DNA of 64,000 nt from Octopus sinensis (lineage: Eukaryota), in NCBI RefSeq assembly GCF_006345805.1, contig NC_043020.1, positions 29,822,001-29,886,000 of the forward strand, read 5' to 3'. Under the pieces are notes generated by a model, which did no database searches, was not told the DNA's origin, and was given only the letters and a program-made list of their open reading frames with translations. Both the position numbers and the translations under genes were made by a program. Numbering within the stretch: position 1 is the first letter of the stretch; every line of letters starts with the position of its first letter. Below are positions 50,261 through 63,619 of this stretch, piece after piece.

Positions 50261-51110
50261 AAATTTTTACGCCCGGACTACACATTCAAATACCTCCCTG
50301 TTGTCTCTTTTGATGAGCCAAGCTTGTAAGTAATTGCCTTCGCTACTCAAATCTCCCGTTCGGTCTGCTTCTAGGCTTATTTTCCTCTCCAAATCAAATG
50401 TTTTTTCCTCAAAACTCGATTTTCTCTTTTCTCGTCTCACCCGAGTTGTCTCCCTTTGCAGCCACATTTTTCTTCAAAAAATCGTTTTTTCTTCATCAAA
50501 AACACATTTTTATTAATCCCAAACCTTCTCACATAATTCCGAACCATTCACCATAGCTCAGTATGCTACATCGGTCACTCAAACACCCAGAAATATGAGA
50601 TTCTATTTAAAACAACCCCCGTCTCTGTCTTCGTTAATTTCGTGGCGTTGTCGATTTCCTTTTTAAATAATGAACAACCAAAAAATACAATTTTCATTCG
50701 TTTCTCTTCCAAGAAATAAAAATCTAACATCGATATCGCATTCCTGGAAACCGAAAGTCGTTTTTTTTTTGATATTTCATATAAAAAAAAAATTAATAGT
50801 AAAAATAATTCTTTGGATGGGAAACAGCGGTTGGTTTGTCTCCCGTGATGCTTTGCTCCACTAATTTCATGCAGCGAAAAGGAACAAATTTAATTTTTTA
50901 AAAGCAGAAATAATTCACATTCATTTAAACGAAAAACCAAACCTTATTTAATAATAATAGATTACAATAATTATTTTCAAAAAACCTCGATCTTTGTTTT
51001 AACGATGAAGAGAGAGGGTTGTCTGTCCAAAGAGGTTTCGTAGCTTTTTTTTTTCCCGTTCCTCCCGTGATGCACTGCTGCAGTGATATAATGGATTTGC
51101 CAGCTTAAAA

Positions 51111-51376
51111 ACCCCCCACACTGATTATTATTATTATTATTATTTAACGAGCACTGATTCTTTTTTTTTTTTAATTAAAGGTAAGCCCTTCTAAATTATC
51201 TTTCACCCCCACACTTATTATTATTATTAACGAGCACCGATTCCTCTTTTTTCTTTAATTAAAGGTAAGCCCTTCTAATTGTTATCTTTCACCCCCCACA
51301 CTGATTATTATTATTTAACGAGCACTGGTTCTTTTTTTTTCTTTAATTAAAGGTAAGCCCTTCTAATTATCTTTCA
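51111..51376 (+). repeat. ~87-bp tandem triplication upstream of the ZNF143 promoter
   Basis: Three units ACCCCCCACA...TTAACGAGCAC...T-rich...AATTAAAGGTAAGCCCTTCTAA. Confidence 0.85.
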
Positions 51377-54300
51377 ATATCTGTAGGTTTAAATATTGAT
51401 GTTATTGGGGTAAAAGAAAGAAAAAAACGATTGAGAAATATTGGTTAATTCTTCGCCACTGCTGGAGTGGTGTCGTCCTTAGAATGTTCAGCTGATGGCT
51501 GGTGTGTAATTATAAAGACACCAGTTGAGACTTTTAACTCCAGCCGCCATCATCACTGCCAATCGGTTCTCCCTTTCATCATATATATATATATCTATGA
51601 ATATATATACACACACACGCACAGATATATATATAATATACATGGCTGTGTGTAATTAAAAGACACCAGTTGAGACTAATTGGCCGCCATCATCCCTCAC
51701 AATCATTGCTCCCTTTCATTATATATATATATGTATGTATGTTCGGCAAAAATTTAGATTCAGATGAATATGGTACTTGAGTTAAAGGCACCAGAATTTG
51801 GTCTGGTATTATCCATATAAATCAAATGAGTGCTCTACATTTTAAAACTGATGTAATACTTTCATTGTTTAATTAAATGAAGTGGCATGAAACGATTGTA
51901 CTACACTACCTCTGGACACCCTTGTTGCTTATTCTGATTATATATATACATATATTTAATCTACACGCCTGTATAATGTGTGTGTAATATACATATTGGT
52001 GTATGATCGTATATATATCCAGTAATATATAATATAGTCATATACTGTATGTAATATACATGCCTGTATAATGTTCTTGTGGATATATGTATATAACTAT
52101 GTAATAATATACACATTTGTGCATGTATGTATATCGTGTAATTATATATATATACACACACATGTATAGTATACATAGACATGGCTATACTTTCCAGCTT
52201 TCGGATTAAATAAGCGATTTGTAACTAAATTTTCATAAATTTGTGTCTACTGGTTGTGCAAAGATCAATTTTTCTTTAGATATTTAAATAAAAAAAAAAA
52301 AGAATCGCGAATCTTGGAAGCTTTCGATCGTTTGAAAGAACTGGATATTTTACTTTAAAATGTTCTTTTCATGCATCGCCGTTCCTTTATTCCATTGCAT
52401 GACCCCTCCCTCTAAATATCTTCTGATTTTTGGACAGCATTTGCGAGAAATATGTATGTATATATATATATGTGTGTGTAACTGTGGGGTTGTAGGTTTC
52501 TGTAAAAAATTAAATGACAAAGAAAGATATAGTGTGGTATTTATTTCGTTGAGATTAGAATTAAAAGAACAGTTGAAAGTTTGGTCATTTTTGTCACGTG
52601 TGGGGAGAGATAGAGAAAAAGATAGATGTGTCCATATCTTTGTGTGTATGTATATATATTATGTGTGTGAGATAGAAGACAATTAGGTGTAGAAAGATTG
52701 ATTAGATAAAAGAGCCGTGTGTGATTATTACTTTCCAGTTTTCAGTTTGATTTCGACACAAGGCTTTCACAGCTTTCTTTCTACATAAAGGACACAATTT
52801 TAAATTGAGATATTGTGATGATCATGCCTTTCTAAAAACCCGTATTGGTTCCCTTCCGGCCATCAGTTAAATGAAATAGTTTCAACCGATGGTGGGGGAA
52901 TAGGGGAAAAGAGAAGAAAAAAAAATGAGAAAGAAAATGACCCGGCTAGTATATTTAAATATTAATTCCTCAACCAAGCTGTAGCAGGTACACACTATGG
53001 CGACTGCTAACGGCTTTCCACCTCCTCCTCCTCTGAGCTGCTGGTTGCCCTCTGCATATCAAGACGACTGCCTCTCTTCCCATCTATCACGAATATACAC
53101 TTTAAATAATTCTCTTCTCTCAGTCCTATATTTCCCCCTTTTTTTTTTCCTTCTCCCCTTTGCCCCCTTCATCGCTGACTTTAAGGGGCTAATTGTGTAG
53201 ATTTCTAATTTATTCCGCAGTGCTTGTGATCTGTGAAATACAAGTGATCCATCGTTTATTAAACATTCATAGATTGGCGACCAGATCTTTCAATTTCAAT
53301 ATATATATATCCTTTATTCATTTTTCCTAATGATCATCCCATTCCATACTATATATTTTTAAATATTAACAATTTCCTAATTTTTAAAATTCAAGCAGAA
53401 GACTGCAACTGCTCCGAACGACACCATCTGTTTTGCTGTCTTTTTAATTAATTACCAAAACCGGTTTATTTGAAGTAAATTAAGAAATGTATGTTGCACG
53501 AGCTTCGAGGTAGTAAGTCGTGGGAAAGTTGGCACTCATCTAGTGCTTTTCTGTTTAACAGGGGGTAGTGTGTTAGTAGCAGTAGTCATAACAGTGCTTG
53601 GCAGTCACTTGGAGTAAGTCTATAGCTATGGTGCTAGGCTTGGTTCTGAGACTTAAAAGAACTATTTCACCACTTCACACACATCTTTTAACCAAACACT
53701 TTCAGGATTCCGTCTCGTCGACTCTGCCGAAACCAGAAATCTACTGAAAATTCTATTTCATTCACTAAAACAAGAATATTTAATTTGTAATTATTTATAT
53801 TTAAGAAATAGCATGTTTTAATAAATGAATTATTATTATTTTTTAAACTACGCTAACCAGTATCGCTATAAAGATTATCGTATTAAATTTATTGCGAAAA
53901 TTCTTTTGTATGTGAATAATTTTCTTGCTAAAGCTTTGACCTACATCTTATCTATAAGCCCCCCCCCCTCTTCCACAGTATATTACCCTCATTCTAGGAA
54001 GTATTATCCTGAAATCCCTACTCTTCCTCCTAATCTTGTTTCCCTTAATTCGTCGTTTGCAATAAGGATCGTTTCCAGTCGTAGTGAAAGACGATGTGTG
54101 ATATAACTAACAACCGTTTTTTTGTTTTAATATATTACCAAAACCATATTTCTTCAGAAATGTCTTGAATGGAACTTGTCGAAACAACTAGCAGACTCTT
54201 TAGATCCTTGCTCTATCTTGTAACCTGTCACGGCCCCTTTCTTCTTCTCCCTCTTTTTGTCCATTTTATTTCAAAGTCTGTCAAATGGTTGTTGCTTTTT

Positions 54301-56852
54301 GTAGCGTTTAATATGCAAGTCGTACATAGCATCTTGTGTTAAGGAGGTATGAGATCGCATCCTTATGACTTTCGGTTAGACCAAGGGACGGTGGGACTAC
54401 TGCTCCGATAGAATATTTTCCCTTGAGCTCATTCCAAATTGATTCCCCGGCGTGTGGGTCTTATGAAATAAAGCAATCAGTTATGGGCTCGAAGAATTAA
54501 CAGATGTTTTTACTGAGAATATGTGACACGAGTAGGTGGACCCATGTGTGTGTGTAGGAGGACATCGATCACCCGTGTAAGACCAACAACGAAGCCAAAT
54601 GTATTTTCAATTTTAAAACCACTACACAAATCAATCATACGATTTAGTTGCAGAAAAAATCTTGCCTCACATTATCTAGTAGTGGTGACTACGTTCCCAG
54701 AAGTTTTGAGAACTTTTCAATTTTTGAAGGAAATAATATGGTTAGAATCTCGAAGACATGTAGGCTATTTTAGCCAACTGATTGTATTGCATATATTAAT
54801 ATTCAGTGGGGATAATTTAAGAAGGAAAAAAACAGAATCTGATTATAATGTCGATTCAGTTTACGGACCCAAATATGGTTCTTGCTGTTTCGAGATCCTC
54901 TTAAAAGAATTAAATAGTTATCGCAAAAAGAAAATTTATACTATAATTTATTACATTTTGTAAATATTTTAGAAAATTACTTCTGGGAATTACGATTTTG
55001 TGGTCCCCTACACACACAGAATATGGTCAATGTCTCGGTTCTATCTTTTCGTCTACACACACAGCTTCATAAATGAAATCGAAATTAAAATTTAAACCTA
55101 TTCTTCCCATTATATATATATATATATATATATTCTCTAATGTTGGTTATTCGTTTCTAGAATAATTAATAATGAGTCCTAATAGAATTTTAGTATTTGT
55201 TTGAAAAGTTTTCGCCAGTATTTTAGTTTTTATTAACACGAATCTATTGAATCTAAATGGAAAACATGTCTATCAGATCCGCTGTAATATAATCGTTTTC
55301 AGACTGTGTGTGCGTATGTTCAAGTGTGAAGCTTCGAGAATCCATTTCCACCACTCCCCGTCAGCTTAAAAGCCTGCCAAGCACTCCTTCTTCACTTCCG
55401 TCTTCGTCATAATTTTCTATTCATAAGTGTTTTTACACATAAACACACGTGTCTTCTTTATTAAATAATTTGTTTCACGATCACGCACTCCCTATCTCTC
55501 CTTCTCTCTTTCGCTCGTGTCCCCTTCTTTGCTAGCTAAGGTTATGAAAAATTTCCAGTATGAGTAGCAATGATGGTTATAAATTTGGAGATGGAAAATC
55601 TAGCAATCCCCAGTGTCAGATTTTGCCATTTTCTCTGTTAGTTGGAAGCTTTACAGGCTTGGCTGCAGCTCCGCCGCGCATTCTGGTCTTTTTTTTTTTC
55701 TCTCCAGCTATAAACCGAATTTTTCTTTGATGTCTACAGCACACGAAACCAATCATTGTTATCTCCTTTTTTCCAAGTATTTCACTTGAATGCGATGATG
55801 GCTTTTGTTGTTCAGCTGAAAATCTATTCTTCTTTCTTCCATCGAATATAAAACACAGCTTTTGCGTCACGTGCTTCCAAATAAATGCGTTGTCAAGTCT
55901 TTTTCCCTTTTCTTTAAGGATTGATTTCATTCTTAATTCTTGCGTACAAAACACAGGATAAACATAAAGCCTGGATATATGGGATTATATCACTAAATAT
56001 TCTTTTTTCGGTAATTTTCTTCTTCAAAATTATTGAAAATAACCATTTCCGCCCATGTACCTAGATTTTACGCTCACCCTACACACACACACACACGCGC
56101 AAAATCGTTTTCAATTCGATATATTTTTTTTGCGTCTTTGTTTTAAACTTTTGTGCCAATCTTATTTTTTTAATTCAGATCTCGGATATTCTTTTGTAGT
56201 TCTAGAAATTCCGAAGTTTGAGTTGTGGTTTCATAATTCTTAACTTGCCTGCGCAATTGAAAATTCGTCGGTCACACGTCCAAAAAAAATCCGAAAACAA
56301 AAAAAATCTTGGCATTCTTTCGACGATTGCTTACTTTCATCGAAAGAATGCCAAAACCTTTCTGTTTGTCTTGTTTGTGTTTTGTTTATTCGTCGACATT
56401 TGTGTTTGTGTGAAGTCAGTGACCACTTCCGTAAATGTTACATAAACAAAATATCGACCTCGTTAAAATTTAGGCCAACCCTCACCGAGAAGATCTCATA
56501 TTATCATCAAAATCGTTCAAGATTTTACCATCCTTGACTTTATCCGGGCATTGTATCCCTCCGCTTGTTCTTGAAGACGACAGGGAGATTTTATTTTTTT
56601 CATCCGAGCGACATTGTTGGCTCCAAATAATCTGGTGGCCTTTGTGTGAAGAATGACATAAATTTTAGCTATTTTAATGGTCTTACTAATACAACCTGTG
56701 GATAATTAGCAGTTGGGTTGAGTCATAGGAAAGAATCGAAGCCATGTGTAAACGTTTGCTGGACAGAACGAGTTATTTACGTGTGGCTTGGCGTATATCA
56801 AAATAATAATAATAATAATAGACAATTTAGAACTTCAGGATAGAAATTATTC

Positions 56853-57100
56853 AATACAGTTCTATATCTAAGAGATGAGGGATTATTTACATTTGACGGA
56901 TATTTGTCCTCATCTTGTTTGTTGTTAACTCAACGTTTCGGTTGGTATACCCTGCAGCCTTCATCAGGTGTCTTGGTGAAATTTCGAACCTGGGTTCTCA
57001 TTCCTATGGTATTTTTCGATGTTATTATTCAGGTCACTGCCTGGAATCGAACTCGGAATCTTGGTTAGTGGCCCGCGCTCTTAACCACTACGCCATATGC
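56853..57100 (-). mobile_element. tRNA-derived SINE with intact A/B boxes and an internal hammerhead-like motif
   Basis: A box TGGCGTAGTGG (57085-57095), B box GTTCGATTC (57044-57052), CTGATGA...GAAACGTT at 56927-56972. Confidence 0.8.
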
Positions 57101-57325
57101 GAGAAAAGTGCATAAAAAATACATCTTTGTAAATTTGAAGGTGTTGTAGATTGTATGAAAATTTTTGTAAGTGCAGACGTAGTTGTGTGATAAACAGTTT
57201 GCTTCCCAATCACATGGTTCCAAGTTCAGTTCCACTGCGTGGCACCTGGGCGAATGTCTTCTACTATTGCCTCGTGCTGATCAAAGCCTTGTGAGTAGAT
57301 TTGGTAAACGAAATCTGGAAGAAAA

Positions 57326-57383
<58 letters not shown>

Positions 57384-58249
57384 TATCTGTTTTTCCCATG
57401 GCACTTCGTGGCAACCAGTGTTGGTTTGTTTACTCCCTGTGATGTAACTCTTCAACAAAAGTGACCGATAGAATAAGTACCAGAAAAGTCCTGGGATTGA
57501 TTTGTTCAGCTAAACCCTTCAAGGCGGTGCCCCAGTATGACCGTGGTCCAGTAACTGAAACGTAAATTAGATAAAAGATTATCAGTTAACGTCTGCCTTC
57601 CATGCTGGTACAGGTAAAAGCTGGCATATATATATATATACACACACACTTGGTGCATGATTGGGTATATATAAATATGTAGGTATTAAAATCTTGCTTT
57701 GTTGAAGATGTGACGTTCATGCCATGCCAGTTGTTCTTTAGAGTGGGTTCAAGAGAGTGAGATGAGAATCCCATTTAGAATGATGAAAGAAAACTGACAC
57801 TAAACAGCAGAAACACAGGGACTGTGGAATGTGTTTGCAGCAAAGTATACCAGAACCCACATGGCCTAAGATTGTGTGCAAGTTTGTTAGAAGTCACATA
57901 GCTTGAAGATTCCCCAGCCAATGGCTAAATGTGTGCAATTGGTTCAAATATCGCAGTGTTTAAGAGTCCCCCAATGCTGATGAAGTATGGAAGGAACTGT
58001 CCAGAGCCTGCAGGTAATGCAGGCCCCATGACAAGCAAGTGAATATCATTGGGTAAACTGGATCCAAGCTAACAAAGAGTGGCTTTGGTTTGAATATATT
58101 GATTCCACCTTGGAAGCGATGTCAAAATTTGGTGCTGATCAATGTTTTGAGGCCATGACAATCACCAGCAGCAACTTAGCAGGGAGGCTTGGGCTAGAAG
58201 AGAACAAAAAACAAAAAAAAAACCTATCCATGCCAGGAACAACAGGACA

Positions 58250-59900
58250 ACCAAAGTTTAACCAGCTGAGGCAGGAGCTGCTGAGTTTGAGATGGTTGAG
58301 GAGATGAAGACCTCTGCTGCAAGAATCTCCACTTTGTGGAGGGTCATTATGTGAAGGGAGGAAAGGGCTAGAAGGTAAACTTTCTAGTAAACTTGAGTAG
58401 GTTTATAAAACAGCAAAGGCCAGAAGTGCAGCTGACAGCTCACCTCTCCAGTGATCAATCCAGGGAACAGTTTCCCATTGATGCAAAGGATGCTGGCAGG
58501 AAGTGTGGATGGTAAAGAAGAAGGCAGGAGTAAGTCTAAGCAGAGGACCAGTTGAGGGAATCTTACAAAGCACACTAAAACTGCCCAAGGTTACTCAACA
58601 GGCTAAGTGTCCTGACTACTCAAGCATAGTCATCTAATTGGGGAAGTTTGAGAAGGAGTGCAGTGATTGGATTTGATGAACACTTATGGATTCATGCCTC
58701 ACTCAATGGTTGAAGAGGCACCATCTGTCAAACAGGCTGTGGAACTGCATTCTGGTTTAGTTTGACAATCTCTGTTGGGTCTACAACTTCAATGGTGCAA
58801 ATTGAAGGAGGAGATTATTGCTGGCTGTACCGTTTCAGTGAACTTGTTGGTGCATTCCATAAAACATGGTCGTGAAGAAGTCTGCTGAGTTGTAAGTGCA
58901 GAAGATTGCTCACCAAATCCACTGTTTCACATCCATCCATTAGAGCTTTTGTGAATAATCTGACCATAACATTTCTCCCATAAAGTCTGTAGTTCCTGAG
59001 AGTTTTGATGAGCTGATAATCTGGACTCGCATGAGCTTCAAGCTGTAAAGACACAACATCCATAGAAGCAACCAACCTAGTGTTGGAAGTATGGCTAACC
59101 ATATTGAACAAGATATACCAACATGCCATCTGCCATGGATTCCCTGGCTTCACTTCATAAATGAGGCCCAGGTGTTTATAGTTAAAGGATTTGGGAGGAG
59201 AGCCAGTGGTTCCTATGGAAGTGGCTGGGACTATTTTGGAGCTCAAGTACATTGCCCTGCATGAGCAAATGGGAATGCATGGTGACCTATATTAAGGAGA
59301 TGCTGCAACACCAAGAGTCTTCAATTGAAAAGACTCTCCAAGGTTGAATTGTGGTCAGGACAAGATGAAAGTAGAGAACAACAGAAGCCATTGGTTCCAC
59401 TGCTAACATACAGAGTGTGGGGTGGGTGCAGTTCCTCATGGAGGGCTGACCCGAGGAGCAGCACAACACTTTGCTATGGTTAGGAAGTCATTGGTCTAGG
59501 ATGAAATGTTAGTTAAGGAGAGGTGTGGTAGCAGGTGTCCTGGATAAGATTGGAGCAAGTGGTGGAGGGCAAATCTTGTTAACTCAACTTGATTCTTCTT
59601 GAATAAAATTCTTGATGCATCCATTTATGATGTTCTATTAAGTATATACAATTTTTGTTGGGATGTTAAGTCAAAAGTTTTCTTTCTGTTGTCTGACAAA
59701 AATGATTGTGGCGAATATCCTCAGATGCTGTCCAAAAGCTTTGACCAAGAGGGCACTGACACCAAAATCATGTCCTGAAGGCCATTGTAACATCATCTGC
59801 ACTGCAATTTGCCACATTGCAAGTGAAGATTCCTGCTGTTAGTTAAAACTGAGTTGAAACTTGATATTAGCTGCGAGGACCACCTGTTCTGACCCGCTGG
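58250..59900 (-). mobile_element. Heavily decayed Penelope-like retroelement RT region
   Basis: KPGNPW (cf. HKPGNPGRP), ASMDVVSL (cf. SxDVxSL) in ORF 58815..59252 and LLFYKPT (thumb YKPT) in ORF 58384..58575, in the expected order; frameshifted. Confidence 0.45.
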
Positions 59901-61086
59901 CAAGTGCATAAGATTAGAAACTGAAAGTTTACCTGTGGAAGCAACTAAAGTTTACACATCTGTCGCACATGTTCCTGTGAGATCCAGCAGAATTTATAGA
60001 ATAGCAAATGTCTACCGAACACATTGCCATAGGACCATGCTAATAATTTCTTGGCATTGCCATTTTATATAAATAATTAAAGGGTTTGAGAGGAGGGTCA
60101 GTGGGTTCCTATGAAAGTAGCTGAGACTATACTGGAGCTTGAGTAACATTGCCATGATGATGAATATATGCATATATACGTGTGTGTGTGTGTGTATATA
60201 TATATACACACAAATTTATATACATGTCTGTGTGTGTGTATATATATGCACACATACGCAAATACACCCATCAATGTATGTAAATGTGTGCATATGAGAA
60301 AAAAAAAATATTGCATGTATATGTGTGTGTATTTAATATATAAGTACATATATGTGTGTATTCATTCACAGTCAAATGAATAAAGTTGTCAACCATTTGA
60401 TAGAATACATTGCATAATTTCTTTGCATTCTGAGTTCAAATCCCACCTAGGTCGAGTTTGTTTTAATCTTCTCAGGTTTTAATAAGCGATGTATTAGTGG
60501 ATTATTAGAGAAATGCATATTAAATATTACTTTTGCCTCTTAAATCCTGAATACTCTTAGCAGTGAAAAATAAATAAAGAACCAGGCCTCTTGGGATGCA
60601 ACAGAAATGGTGATTGGCTTTGGAAGTCTTTAAGCCATTATCTGAGTATTGCAGCTGATCACTGAATGCTTGCAACATGAGCTGGTTGGAGAAAGCACAA
60701 GGGCTCTTCTAAGCCCTATACAGTCAAGATATTTTTTTTTAGGTATGTGTGTATTCAATGTATATTTACCTGTAGCTTGTATACAGGTGGGGGTGTGTAT
60801 GAGTATTATGTCTTTGGGTGTTGTGTATTAGATAACAATCTAAATGGTTAAATGTCAATGGTGAAATTCAATATATATTGTTGTGCCTGAGGAGATTCAT
60901 TCTGTTTTAATGCCTTATTAACACACACACTGGTTCAATTTCCACTCATTTATTTTTGTTTTAAAATTTTCATTGCTTCTTGCAACCTCTTCAATAGTTG
61001 TTGTCTCTGTCCTTTATCAGAACTGTGTTCTTTTTGCTTGTGCTGAGTGCATGTGTATACATTTGTATGTATGTATTCTGCATAGT

Positions 61087-61118
<32 letters not shown>

Positions 61119-63619
61119 AAGGTTCATGGCTCTGATTAGAGCATCAAGCTCACAATCAAGACGTAGTGAGTTCGATTCCTGGACTGGGCTATGTTTTGTG
61201 TTCTTGAGCAAGACACTTTATTTCATGTTGCTTCAGTTCACTCAGTATCAGCCTTTGCCTTTCCCTTGGATAACAGAGGTGATGTGGCCTGTGGTATGCA
61301 TATGCGACTGCTGGTCTTCCATAGACAACCTTGCTCAGACTTGTGCCTCAGAGGGGAAGTTTTTGGGTGCAATCTCATTGGTCATTCATGACCGAAGGGT
61401 GTCTTTTATATATAAAATCTCAATGATGATCTTTGTTGTTGATGGTATGTGTATCTCCACTGGGAAGTTCATCTTGAAGATGTAGGTTTAACAGTTATGT
61501 GCACCAAATAAATAATTATTGGCCTAGGTTTTATTTTGAGGGAATACTTTCAGCTGCTCACACACTGCAATCTCCTCTTTCTCAACCATCAATGTATTCC
61601 AGTGATGTGCAAGTTAAACACTGATACTCTCAGATCTTTAAGACCTGGGGCAGATATCTTGTGGCATCTTGTCCACTTAACCCTTCTGTTACCATATTTC
61701 TATTGAAATAATTTGTCTTCATTTTGATTAATTTTGAAAATGAAGAACTTAGAAAAAATAACTTTGTCATTAAGTTGATGTTTTGAACATAAATTATCAT
61801 GAAATTTGGATGGGGTAGGGTTTAGATAATTTTAAAACAAGGAAGTTTGTATCTTAGACTCAGAAATGGTCTCATGCGGTTTGGTGCCAAAATGAATTTG
61901 ACTTTGGTAGGTAGTTGAAACGAATACTGCAAGCCAGTCTGTTTGGGGTTGTGCAGAAAGATGAAAGTCAATTAGAGTTATTAGAGACCTTACTCTAACT
62001 AAATGTAAGCTGTAATATAATGTTCAGATTTTCAATTTCATAATTTTTTTGTTTTTTTTGTAGTGAAAATAAATCAAATTTAAGGGCTTCCGTGGAGCAG
62101 GATACAGTTGAACAATTCTTTTTCTGTGAAAAAGATGCTAGTAAATTTTTGATTTAACTCTTATTTCCATAGAAACAATGTTTCTTTAATAAATTTTGTA
62201 GGGATAAATTTTCAATATAGTTTTGTAATTTTTAATTTATTTGATATAACCTTTACATTGACTTTGATTTTATATTAATCTAAAAAGGAATTTGTATCTG
62301 ATTTGTTTGTTTGTTTTCAAATGGTCATTTAAGTTTCTTTAGGTGTTCAGTCTTTTAGTTTTAAGTTTTGTCTTATAAGTTCTTTAATAAATAATATAAA
62401 TAAAAAGAAGTGATACAGTCAGTGTTCAAATTCAGACTTTGAGAGGTTAAAGTGCTAAAAAGTTTAACAATCCACATTGAACATTGTGCTGTGTGCTTTC
62501 AATCAGTCAAGATACACATAGGAGTTTCTGTTTTCAAATAGAGGAAGAGTCTGTCCATGGTACCCATAAATTGAGCCCTTTACAGGTTTTGTGGACTGAC
62601 CCCACTGCCCAAATCTTTCCATAGCTTTGCCTCCATCAGTTTTATGTGCACATGCACACTGACTGTGAATGGATTTTACTTGAGCAAAAATAGAGTACTC
62701 AGAGTATGGCATAGTCAGTGTGTGTGTAGAAGGGGCTTGTTTCCCATGCATACTAATGCCCCCTTGTTTTTCCATTCCAGGGGACTATTTTCTATCATCT
62801 AAAAACATATAAAGTCTTCACCATATGTTGATTTATACAAAATAGTCCAGTATTAGAGCATATAACCCATGTAACAAAAAAACAAAAAAAAGGCATTAGT
62901 ATGCATGGGAGGGAAACAAACCCACACCTGTACATAATTACTGTGCTGGCCAAGGTAGACATGGCTACTTATTTACACACTCACCTGCATTTGCACCAAT
63001 GCTCAATGCAGCTTCTATAGAAGAGTCACTTTCATTATTGAATATTTAATTGTTAATATTAAATTTTGTATAATTTTAGTTTCGTTTTCTGATTTGGATA
63101 TTTTAAAATTTAATTTCAATTATATTCATCATTCATAAGGTAAACATAAGCAATCAACGTGTCAGCACATATGTTTATTGTGTGTGTGTGTGTATATATA
63201 TATACACATACGTATATATATTTCAGTTGCATTATAACCATGAAAACAGCAAAAAGATTGGGTATTTTTACCCTTTTAAGATGGAAAAAATTTGTCAACA
63301 GCCATGGGACAACTTTTTTCTGTCTTATAAAGGATAATAATACCCAATCTTTTTTATGGCTATAATGCGTTCGAAATATTACCTACTTGTCTGTAAAATA
63401 CAATATAATACACTTGACACTTTTAAAAACAAAATAAAAATTTGTTTACATATGTTGTTTATATATATAAACTTTGCCAGGTCAGACTGGGCCTGGTGCA
63501 GCCTTCTGGCTTCCCAGACCCCAGTTGAACCATCCAACCCATGCTAGCATGGAAGGCGGACGCTAAACGATGATGATGATGATGATATATGTTTGGCATT
63601 GTGAATTGTGTGTGGAGAG

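Noticed and set aside
53506-53527. let-7-like CGAGGTAGTAAGTCGT
   Set aside because: The seed matches but there is no complementary arm to form a precursor hairpin.
55560-55712. Plus-strand ORF MSSNDGYKFGDGKSSNPQ...
   Set aside because: Short (50 codons), no homology and no clear donor preserving the frame.
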